Assembly (NCBI GenBank): GCA_946965045.2
Contig: OX337236.1
Location: forward strand, 310,001-374,000
From: Epithemia pelagica
Lineage: Eukaryota; Protista; Bacillariophyta
Reading direction: 5' to 3'
Length of the DNA stretch: 64,000 bases
Under the pieces are notes generated by a model, which saw only the letters and a list, made by a program, of their open reading frames with translations, searched no databases and had not been told where the DNA came from. Below are positions 50,913 to 61,900 of the stretch, piece by piece. A program made the position numbers and the translations under genes. The first letter of the stretch is position 1. Every line of letters starts with the position of its first letter.

Positions 50913-53108
50913 TCATTGGACTGTAGTCGAACTTTGTTTGTTGGGCTTGGTCTTTTCATGGATCCAGTTTCGAGCGCGAGCAAACATTTTGCCAAACCAA
51001 TAAAATCCATAGTGATGCTCCCACAATGACAAATAGTCTTGTTCAGTTATCAGTTCAAATGCCGAAGCTCGAACAGTCAGCACAACAAAGGCAAACACCA
51101 CAATTGTAAACATGGTACTGGCAACCCAGGTTAACCCACTTTGAGCCTACGAAATTCAAGGATATGCCCATTCCTGTGAGTGAGACAAGACGCTCGAAAT
51201 TGAGAGGAAACAAACAGAAAACGCCAAGCGTTCTACTTACATCATAGCAAATGGCGTCATGCATGAGAACCGTGTAGACTGGATTCCAGGCTCGACACCA
51301 CAAAAAACGATTAATATCGGAGAGGGTAACACCCAGAAAACACATGTTGGGTTTTAGCCAATCGGTTAGAGAGTACAGTGCACGGGTGTCCCGTCCACAA
51401 ACTTCAGTCCATACCGTATTGTCGACGGACTCGAGATCATTCGAGAATTGTTCGACCCTCGTCATCATCTCCACATATGCGTTAAGGTATGGATTCAGGG
51501 TCAGAGGAAATAGATCATCATTGCATTGATTGACGTAGTACTTTGCCCATCTATAGATAATGGAATCCAACTTTTCTTCATTGGATTCGAGAATATGAGT
51601 CACTTTTACGTCCGGAGAGTTGATACACCAATCCGATGCCCCCACCGCAGCAATAATAAAGGCCACCGAGAAGGCGTAGGCCACCAGAGCCAAGAAACAA
51701 AACAAGGGAAATAAGAGCCGACGTCTTAGTATAAATTCGTTTCCACCCTTTTTGAAGGATGGATGGAAATACATTCCAATCACCATCCAGCAACAGCAGA
51801 CAACCAAAGCAATTGTGAATGAAAAGGATATCCAGAAAGTCCATTCCAGATTGGAATTCCCATTAAGAAAGGTCTCAATTTCATCGTACAACTCTAAAAG
51901 GTCGTCTCTAAAGCCGTTCACTTCTTCTGACAAATATTCCTTGGATCGATACAGAGCATCTAATATAAGAGCCAGACTTTGGTTGACGTAGGGCAAGTCT
52001 TGAAGCGTACAATCACCTATTGTTACAGATTCACCGGGACGGTTGTCGTCCACAACTTGACACAGTTGTTCACGGAGTCCTGGATAGACTCCATTAATCT
52101 CGGTAAAGAACTTCTCGTTGCGATCCACAGCGACTGATAAACGTGCCGTGAATCGATCCACGACATAGACACCTCCCTGACAGAGTTTCTGAATTTTTCT
52201 CAAGCCCTCCTTGACCGAAATGAACGATTGATTGAGATACTTTTCTCCGTAATAGCAAAAGAGAAGACCGGAAACAACAATAGAAATGCAGGAAAGTACA
52301 AGGACTAGACGAGCTCTCCGCATTCGAAGTTTCTGACGATGACACGCCTCCAACCATGGCTCATCATCTGCACCTCCATCCTCGTCTTCGGATTTCGCAT
52401 CACTTCCAGAAGTAACTTGTTGAGGCTTGCTCTGACCAGTTTGCATTTCGTCTTGTAGCAGGTCGTCAATTCTCGTTTCAGATGCCAATGGATCGTGCTC
52501 TACGGCCTCCTCTTTCAAATTGTTGATCTGAATATTTTCATTGTCATCATTTTCGTCCTCGTCAAGCGGCACATTGCTTTTAACGCTCAATTCTGATGGT
52601 TGGTCACGTCCATCTTTTTCTTCAACAGATTCATCTCCTTCTGATGCTGCTGCTGCTCCTCCTTGTTCGCTTGGAGTAAATTCCAATAAGAGGCGTGTTC
52701 TGGCGATGACGTGCGCTCGATGATGATAAACCTCCCAGACAAGAAACCATAGCGCTTATAGGAGGAGCGTGAACATTGTAAAACCAACAGGACGATACAC
52801 CACACAAGGAAGAAGGCCGCCACAAACAGGCTCGTAGCAACCAGCCCCACAACATAGTCTTTTTTCTCTTCATCCGTTCCTTGTAGCAATGTTATCATAT
52901 CGTTCGAGCCACCAAACCGAAAGGCAATCTCATTGGTTCGTTCTAACCGATCGGAGGGTTCAAATGGTTCGGGGTTGAAGTGATCCTCGGCAAGTGTAAG
53001 ATTGCAATAGGAGAACTCGTAAAAGGTGACATTTTGTTTAGGATCGTTCGCATCCCATTCAGGAGGGAGCGGCAGGGATGACGAATCCTCCAAGATCTCA
53101 GTGCTCAT
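50913..53108 (-). CDS. Tweety-family-like multipass membrane protein; intron 51240-51147; frame break near 52.6-52.75 kb
   Basis: IAAVGASDWCINSPD resembles the tweety AVGxSDFCxxP motif, and there are several TM helices. The 5' part (53108-52587) and 3' part (52686-51241) are in different frames. The last exon is 51146-50913. Confidence 0.7.
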
Positions 53109-53160
53109 ACTGGCTGCTGTTGACTTGGCTTGGTTTTGGGTGCATCAGACTTGCCACACT

Positions 53161-53490
53161 TCATGAATACATTGCTTTTGCATGCAGCCGAAGGGGCTTG
53201 CCCAATGCTCTGCCATAAACACCATTGTTTGCTGGTTCATTCAGTGATGTTTTGGCAGCATTTGCAAGGTATTGCACCACTTCCAACTTGGCAAATTGAT
53301 TGCAACACCAATGCAAGGCCGTCCTCCCTGATTCATCTTGGTAGTCGACTGCCTTGGGATAGGCTTCTACTCTTTGTAAAATTGTCACAAAGTGTTGTGG
53401 TTGCTCTTTACAAGCAGCAATCAACTCATTGCCAAACCTAGCGATCTTTTCTTTTTTTTTCTTGTCACCGAAAAGATCCAGCTTTTCCAA
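53161..53490 (-). CDS. Short ankyrin-repeat ORF, possibly truncated
   Basis: YQDESGRTALHWCC..LEVVQYLA is one ankyrin repeat in a 109-aa ORF. Confidence 0.5.
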   Translation of the reverse strand: MEKLDLFGDKKKKEKIARFGNELIAACKEQPQHFVTILQRVEAYPKAVDYQDESGRTALHWCCNQFAKLEVVQYLANAAKTSLNEPANNGVYGRALGKPLRLHAKAMYS

Positions 53491-53869
53491 TTGTTTGGAT
53501 GTTACAACTTGGTTTTTTCAATCGTTGTCCTTTAGGAGTATCTTGTGATTATTATACCGGAAGATGTCTGGGATCCCAAAACTGTTTTTTTAAAATGGAA
53601 TCAAGTTGCAAGGCTGAAAAGATATGTTTGAAATCACTAGCTTATCATCAGAATGGATGACGACACAATCAGCTAACCCAAAGAGATCACATCTTTGACG
53701 TACCTTAGGGCTTCAATAAGTGATTACAACAACCACTTCTCTTCCAGTCTAAGAGATTTGATGGATGAGGAAATTCAGAGCCAAGTCAAGTCGTACTGAC
53801 CAACCTTGCAGCTTTCGTTGCTAGAAGTATGATGCACAGTATTTTGTTGTTCAGTGTCCCGTTGAAGGT

Positions 53870-54009
53870 AATGAAAATCGAAAAGATAGTCTCAACAAAA
53901 TACGCGTAGGGGTGTGACTCGAAAATATAAAATTGTGACTATCTCATGCCTCAAGCTTAGAGGCCTTACTATCGCTAATTTCGCTCAATAGGCTAGCCAT
54001 ATTTTGGTC
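53870..54009 (-). repeat. Possible 3' LTR of the copia element
   Basis: It lies directly after the putative PPT, but has no canonical TG start and no second copy in the window, so the boundaries are guesses. Confidence 0.3.
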
Positions 54010-56673
54010 CCCTCACAGTTCTTCGTCTCGTAATGAAGTAACTGTGCCAATCTTCTCTTGTCCCATCTAGACCTGCTTAAAGCCCTTTCATCTTTTAGGT
54101 GCAGGACGTACCCAGACCCAACAGAGGTTGGCGGGAAACGCACTAATATATGATCATTGATGCTAACCGTGTTCTCTCTGTACCTGTTTGAATCTTAGTA
54201 AGAATGTCAGCAAGGTTAGTCTTCGACGGTTCAAAAGCAACACGACACATGCCCGATGCAACATTCTCACGAACAAAATGATATGCGATTGAATTTGACT
54301 TCTTTTTCAGTGTTGATTCAGGGACCGACGTATTCAGTACCACAGACATGTTATCAACCCGTATATGCGCATGTCCATCCAGAGGTACGCCCATCATCCT
54401 TAACTTGTATCGAAGTCCTTTAACCATTTCAATGCCCACTTTGAGAGCCATGAATTCTGACCCAAATGTCGATGTTTCGACGCTGGTCTGTTTCTTACTG
54501 TACCAAGTTACAGGAGCTCGATTCAGATAGATTAAAACTCCAGTTCTTGAACGTCTGGTGATCAAATCCCCAGCATGATCAGAGTCGACAAAGACCGTCA
54601 TCTGGACTGGATTACCCAATGGTTCTGGAGCGTCTGCTGGAACGTCCTCTTTGGCGTCTGGATAAAAACCTGCCCAATCAGCAGTCAATTCTTCTCCGTG
54701 CTGAATATATGAAGGGTCTAATACCAGTCTTGAACGGTCATGTAAGTTCAGATAAGCGAAGACATGAAGCATCGCATGAACATGACCTTCTCTTGCTCCT
54801 GCTAAGAAAGCCGCCAACATTGAAACCTCCGCAGTAATGTCGATCCTTCCCAGCTCGACCAACCATCTGAGGACACCAATCTGCTGTTGGAAAAACGATT
54901 GCCAATCAGCATTGCAATATGGGCTCGTATCCAATTCTGGACGGTATCCTGTTGGGAGCACGCTTGGGGCTCGAGTCTTAAGACTCAAGTTTCTTTCATC
55001 CATCCAAACCTTGACATTCCGTATGGCTTCTGTTGCGTATCGCTTTGAACTTAGCGCCCAACATCTTTTAGACACGTCATTGTCAATGTCGAAAGTTTCT
55101 ACTTGGTTCCCCAGATAGATCTTGGGTATTCCGATCGAATCCGGTTTCAATAAATAATGTTGGTCGATCATATTCAAGATCTCTTGTGCCTTCTGAGAGA
55201 TGACTAGGACGTCATCTATATAGATGAACACCAGTTCATAGTACTTCGATCCATTGTCTTTTGTAGAGGCCCGAAGATATACATCGGGATCTGCTCGGCA
55301 CGGTCGAAACCCTAACGACTCTTGTAAAGTCATGGAAAGGTGTTCTCTCCATGCGAAGGCACTCGTCTTAAGGCCATATAGTGCCTTAGTGATTATCGCG
55401 TACCTCCCTTCATTTTCTTTTCCAAATTCTAAGCCACATTTGGTGCACACTCTTTCGTGGCAAGGAGCGTTCAAATATGCTCCAGCGATATCAGCCGCAA
55501 GGATATTGATTCCATTCAGTGCTGCAAGTAAGAATCCGATTCTCACGCTCTCCCTGCTGACTACACTGGCATAGGTAGGCGTTTCTGGCTCTTGGGTACG
55601 GTGTCCCCCTGCTACATACCTCGCTTTCCTGGTAAAATCCATCTTTATGTCAAACACAATATGACATGGGATGACTTGATGGCCAGGTGGATGCGGCGCG
55701 CCTTCTTCCAAAATCTTGACTGCAGGAAAGATCTTAGACATTTCGAGTTGAAGGGCTTTAGCCCAGAAGTCTGTTCCTGTTTCTTTATCGATTTGCAACG
55801 CCCGTTCTACGGTCTTAGGAAGCTCAATACCGTACTTTTGCCATTTTCGCATGTACCTTGTGCTTGAGACTGCCTTGATTAGTTTTGCACGCCTCTTGAG
55901 AGTGAAATCGACCCACCAATTGAAAGCCGGTTCTTTGTCAAGCAAATTAGCCACTGCATATTCGGCTACTTCTAAAGGATACGATTCCTTCAGGTCCTTG
56001 AGCATCTCCCACGACGTGGAACCATCTTTCCACAATATACAAAGCTGCCAACCCCTCGTCGTCTTTTTCTTATGTTCTCTCCCATTGTGAAAGAACGTAC
56101 CCTCTGAGATTGGTATGGCAGTTGCATCTTTTCGGTGATCCATGATCTGATCGATGAGTTTGTATTTGTTTCCCTCATCGTCTAACTGCTCGTAAATGTT
56201 CTCGGCAATCAGGTTTGCCGCATAAGACTCGACGTGGCCATCATGGAACTCTACTTCGTACAACGACGTATCCAGATACGGATTTGAAGATGACCGACCA
56301 ATTGGATTACCGTCTGCATCTCTTTTCCGACGTATAACTTGACCTGGTCTCTTTGAGTCCCCTAAAGGGAGCATCACCTTGGCCGAGATTAATTTGTCGT
56401 ATGCATCCACCTTGTAATCGTCGGCCTCTGGAACTCTCGTGTCTTCTTGCTCATCGTCTTCATATGCCTCGAAGAAAGGAGTATCATTTCCTTCTTCTGC
56501 GGGATCATCTCCTTCCTCTGGGTCAAGACCTTCGAATCGGTTCCCCAGAGCTTCCTTTAGGTCAGTATCAAACTGTTCACGTTGTGCAGTAAACGACGGA
56601 TCATGGGACTTTTCAACTGACAGGGGCCACACGGAAGTGCGATGGACAATCTTCCCTTTACGTGTCAGTATTT
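54010..56673 (-). mobile_element. Ty1/copia (CoDi-like) LTR retrotransposon, 3' part of pol (RT plus RNase H), 5' side cut off by a LINE
   Basis: The ORF is intact from the junction to the stop at 54143: ADIAGAYLNA, LYGLK, IYIDDVL, VFVDSDHAGDLITRRSRTG, KKQTSVETSTFGSEF, NLADILTK. A purine tract gtgagggga lies on the minus strand at about 54010-54018. Confidence 0.95.
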
Positions 56674-56818
56674 TCGAACTCAATAATAATTGTGGCAGAC
56701 GAAATTGAAAGCGCCCTAGTTTCTGCCCCTTTAAGATACTTTCTGCTGTCTCGTAGCTTTTGTACTGAGCCTTACACACCAGAAAGTGTGTGGGGGCCGT
56801 ATCGGAACGCCGACGACC

Positions 56819-58954
56819 ATGGCCGATCCTCCTCCTGCTGCTGCCGCTTCCACAAGAGCCAATGATGCTTCTATGTCGGATAACAACTCTAGTGTTCAGT
56901 TTCGAAACACCGATACGACAAACAGGAATGACAATCGCGCTTCTAATACAGAGAAACAACACAGCGCCACTGACGACGATGATGCAAGTGCAGCAACGGC
57001 AACGACAACACACCAACCGATTGTGTATGAGGGCGATGAAGAAGAATATACCATTAAATTTGTGTTTCGTCCACAAGACGACCAAGCTAACAATCAAGTC
57101 GCCAAGCATCATTATGCCATCTTACAGATCATCGCAAAGGTGTATCCTGAAGTAAAGATTTACGATAACCGTGGAGCACACCTGAAGGCGAAAAGGATCG
57201 AGTCATTGAAAACTTACTCTGCGTATCTACGTCACTTTGATTTGCATTATTCTAAAGGCAACAAGAGCAAGAACCGATCTGCGATCTATGTGGTGATACA
57301 TCGATTTTTATCGCGAATTCCAATTAGTGAGGTCAGAAAACATTTCTCGGTGCAAGAAAAACTGAAATCTGGTACCGCGAAAATGACAAGGCATATGTGG
57401 AGAGAAGACGAAACGAGAATCTCAAACCTCGGATTCTTTGTTGGGTACGACCCAAGCAACATTTTGCCAGAAGACATGCATGACATAGTCGAGAACAAGA
57501 TCATTATCCAAACAGGCACTCCCAAGAAAAGGATTCCTAAATTCCGTTGCAACTACTCTTCCCCAATTCTGTACGACAAGGATACAGACGATAAATATGT
57601 GACGAAAGCGTTTGATCTCCAGTGCCGGCAAAGCGACGCCAAAGCACTTTTGGATATTCTTCACGCAACCTATGTTGCAGATCCAGATTTTGTTTTCCAT
57701 CGATCAAGACACACTCACAAGCAATTATACATCAACGCCATGAAGGAACAGAATGCCTATCTACGTGACTGTCGAATCATTCCCATTGCAGGTATACATC
57801 CCACCATTATGTGGACCTTGGGCGACAAACTATGCGAATTTGAAGGCGTGATACGTGTCACAAAACATAAAGACAGCGACTTGAAAGGACGGTTCAATGT
57901 GCATACAAGTGAACCACATTTCAATGTTCTGAAAGGACGGTTTAGGAGAGAACTAGCATCACTTGTCCAATTTGAGAAGAACAACCAGAATTTGAATCCT
58001 CAGCCATATGAAGATGGAGGACCGAGACTAGCTTTCAAGATCAATAATCAAGGCGAAGAAGAAGACGAAGAGTCAGGAAACACATCACACGCAGGCTCTT
58101 ATGCGACCTACATGACTGCTATGAATGAAAGATACGCCAGAGCAGCAGAAGAATCAGATGAAGGCTCGCTAACAAGCCCACCGGTGTCAACAGGACCAGT
58201 TACTCAGGCATGGACAAGTAGTGTACCGATCCAAACTGTTGTTACATCTAAGACCGATTATTCAATCAAAAGCCAAGTGAGTCAAGAAGAATATGATCGC
58301 ATGAAGACTGATCTCACCTCCAAAGTCGAAGAAGTAGAAGACAAATTTCGCGCGTTTGTGGAAGAACAACGAATTAAGCAAGATCAAGAACGTGATGCTT
58401 TAGTACAGTCCATTATGGCAGCAGTTCAACAACAAGTTGCGGCATCGATTCAACAACAGATGCAGATGCACCCAACACCGGTCCCTTTCTATCCACAACA
58501 ACATCCACCACAACAAGTACATCATCAGCAACAACTACCAACCGCTACAGGTCACCACCATCCGGGCATTTACCAAACTCCTCAAAATCGAATGATGCCA
58601 CCACCACCGATACCACCACAACAACAGTACAATCCTCACCAAATGACACCACAATATCAGATACAAAACCAACCAAGCTCGCCAATACAGCCTCATCAGC
58701 TCCACCCAATGGATCATGAACCCGCAACCGGACTTTACAATCAGGACCAACAACAACAACATACTGCAAACTACCAACAACAAATCAACCCTCCGAATAG
58801 GAGCAACAACGAAATGGGTCAACAGCCATCGAGCGACCCCCAGCAGCAGGCCACGCCAAATCTCGACGTGAGCATGGTCCAACCAAACTCGCCCTTGCAA
58901 GCGGACGGGTCGTTGGCCGACAGAAGCATGTTTAGTCATGAGTCGAAATCTTAA
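56819..58954 (+). CDS. LINE ORF1 protein (about 711 aa) with coiled-coil and Q/P-rich tail
   Basis: Long ORF directly upstream of ORF2, starting at the ATG at 56819. Its identity comes from position only. Confidence 0.8.
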   Translation: MADPPPAAAASTRANDASMSDNNSSVQFRNTDTTNRNDNRASNTEKQHSATDDDDASAATATTTHQPIVYEGDEEEYTIKFVFRPQDDQANNQVAKHHYAILQIIAKVYPEVKIYDNRGAHLKAKRIESLKTYSAYLRHFDLHYSKGNKSKNRSAIYVVIHRFLSRIPISEVRKHFSVQEKLKSGTAKMTRHMWREDETRISNLGFFVGYDPSNILPEDMHDIVENKIIIQTGTPKKRIPKFRCNYSSPILYDKDTDDKYVTKAFDLQCRQSDAKALLDILHATYVADPDFVFHRSRHTHKQLYINAMKEQNAYLRDCRIIPIAGIHPTIMWTLGDKLCEFEGVIRVTKHKDSDLKGRFNVHTSEPHFNVLKGRFRRELASLVQFEKNNQNLNPQPYEDGGPRLAFKINNQGEEEDEESGNTSHAGSYATYMTAMNERYARAAEESDEGSLTSPPVSTGPVTQAWTSSVPIQTVVTSKTDYSIKSQVSQEEYDRMKTDLTSKVEEVEDKFRAFVEEQRIKQDQERDALVQSIMAAVQQQVAASIQQQMQMHPTPVPFYPQQHPPQQVHHQQQLPTATGHHHPGIYQTPQNRMMPPPPIPPQQQYNPHQMTPQYQIQNQPSSPIQPHQLHPMDHEPATGLYNQDQQQQHTANYQQQINPPNRSNNEMGQQPSSDPQQQATPNLDVSMVQPNSPLQADGSLADRSMFSHESKS

Positions 58955-61900
58955 CATACCGGAGATTAACAACTACATAAACCACAATCATCACCATTTC
59001 GCAACTATGCCAGAACCTACACAACAGGAAGATTTTCCTGATCAATTATTTCATGACACACTCCACCCCAATTCAAGCACACAAGAAACATTCAAATTCG
59101 ACGCACCAATTGGAATACCATTACAAGAAAAAGACGATAACACTTTTCGTATATTTGGGAGCAATCCCAATGGACTAACTCTGGGGCATGATGGAGGAGA
59201 CTTCGCAGAGCTATGTTTGGAAATGAGTAACTCGCAAGTCGACACATGGTGCATCTATGAAACAAATCTAGATACAACACAACACAACGTGAGAAACAAG
59301 TTACACAATACAATACGGAAACATACAGAACACTCACGCATTGTCTACGGGAGTAGTTTGATTTCAACAGTAAGAGGACGAGCTTATAAACCAGGAGGGA
59401 TACTACAAGTCACACAAGGTCAGACTACTGGACGAGTAGTGAAACAGGGACAAGATTCGATGGGAAGATGGGCATATCAAGTGTTTTCGTGCAGAGGTCA
59501 TAAAACTTTGACGGTGATTACTGCTTATCAAGTTTGCCATCAGACGTTAATCGATGAAACAACGCAGAGGAGGCGCTCCTTTACCGCCTCGGCACAACAG
59601 GTTTCAATGCTTCGACAAATGAATCGCACGTGCACTCCTAGAGAGGCATTTATTCAAGATCTAGGAGCTTTCATCCAAGAAAGAACCGTTTGTAACTCCG
59701 GTATTCTATTAATCGGTGACTTCAACGAAGCACTCTCAGACTCCTACTCAGGCATGTCAAAACTATGTTCCGACAATAACTTACAAGATCTCATGTGGCA
59801 AATACTCGGGACTACTGACTTTGGAACCCACGCAAAAGGCCGAGAGAGAATCGACTACGTCTTGTGCAGTGATTGGGTGGCTGCAGCTGTCAAGAATGGA
59901 TACTACGAAGCATTCGGATACCGCCCAAAGGGAGATCACCGCAACATCATGATAGATTTTGATATTGAAAAACTCTTTGGAAATCGCACTCAACCACTGG
60001 GACCAATCTCCAGTCGGAATTTCACGAGTCAAGACAAATCTTCAAATAGGAAGTATATTGAAGCGAAACATCGATACTGTCGTGATCACAATTTCAGACA
60101 AAGACTCGCAGCCTTACAAGAAGAATGGAACCCTGATGAAGCTGAAAAACTGGACAAAGATTGGCAACGAGCTGGCGAGTACGCTGCGAAACAATGTTCC
60201 AAAAAGCCCAGGAGTGTTCCTTATGTTGCTGAACTGGCTGAATTGCGACAGCGTAAGAACTTATTGCTGAAACTGATCTCCGCTGCCAAGCTGAACAAGT
60301 CCTTTGACGCTGGCATCGCACATCTGACAACGAATGGCTACCAAGGCGGATTCCCTTCAACAATGACAGAATGTCAAACAGAATGTCGAGTCACACAGCA
60401 GAAGATTAAAGCTATGACAAAGACAGCTATATACAGAAGGCAAAACGAACTCAAGATAGCCTTACAAGAAGCGATTGACTGTGGAGACAAACAACAATCA
60501 AAAGCTCTCAAGCACAGGATTTCAGCTGAAAGAACAAAAGCGATGTACGCAAAATTGCGGCAATGTCGTGAGAATCCAAAGGCCGGAATAACAAGATTGG
60601 ATGTTCCAGCAGACAGTACGAACACTGATTACAACAATTGCTCTAGTTGGATCACCATCGACACTCCATCGGAGATCGAAGAACGTCTACTTCAGCGTAA
60701 TCGCAAACACTTTGGACAAGCTGATGGCACTTTTCCAACCACGCCTCCGTTTTCGGAGTGGTGTGACTGGGGAGCGTCGACGCATACGGCCGAACTGATT
60801 CTTGAAGGCGACTGGCAATCTGAGGAGTTGACTGACTTGCAACAATGCCTGATCAACCATATGAAAGCGCGAGTTGCACTGGATACAATCTCGAGTACAA
60901 TAAGCACAGAAGAATGGGTGGGAAAAATTCGCTCGTGGCCCGAATCTACAACAACTTCGCCATCTGGCTTCCACCTTGGACATAGTAAGGCACTCATCTC
61001 TGGACACGATCTTGATCCCAAATCACACGAAAGCGAATTACTCGAGCATCAAAGATCTGAGCTAATCGAATGGCAAGTTGCTCTACTGAATTGCGCCTTG
61101 TCCAACCAATATTCCTTCACAAGATGGCAGCACATAGTGAATGTCATGATTCTAAAAGAGCCAGGCGACTTGAGGATTCACCGCTTACGTGTAATCCATC
61201 TCTATGAACAAGATTACAACCTTGTTCTCGCTATCAAGTGGCGAAAAATGATTCAGCTATGCACCAATCAACAAGCGTTGCATCCTACACAATTTGGAGG
61301 TGTTCCTGGACGTGATGCTATAATCCCGACTCTTTGCGAAGAGTTTCAGTATGAAATATCAAGAGCAAGCAAACGACCGCTCGTACATCTAGATTACGAT
61401 GCCACTGCGTGCTACGATCGGATCATTCTTTCGTTTGGCAGTTTAGCCTCGAGAAGCTTCGGACAGAACAGGTCAATTGTGTTCATCAACGCACGAACAC
61501 TTGAACAAGCAAAGTACTATTTGAAGACGCAACTAGGGGTGTCAGAACGCTTTTATAAGCACTGTACTTCATACCCCATCTATGGCTCAGGACAAGGTGC
61601 AGGGAATTCCCCGGCTATTTGGTGTGTGGTGTCTAGCATTCTCTTTGAAACATATGAGGAAGGCGCCAATGGAGCTTCTTTTGAATCACCAGACGGTACT
61701 GTTAAAACAAAAGTGTATATGATTGGATTTGTTGACGATACGAGTGGAAGTGCCAATGACTTTCGCCGCCCATCTCGTGCTCCTCTCACCCATTATATTT
61801 CCAAGGCTCAAGATGACGCCCAGCGGTGGAATGATGTACTTGCCTTGTCTGGTGGTGCACTGAACCCCCAGAAATGCTCATACCATTTCATGGACTATGA

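Noticed and set aside
56674-57112. N-terminal ~150 aa of the 989-aa minus-strand ORF 54143-57112
   Set aside because: It is the antisense of the LINE 5' UTR and ORF1 and has no copia motifs; only the part below about 56673 is pol.
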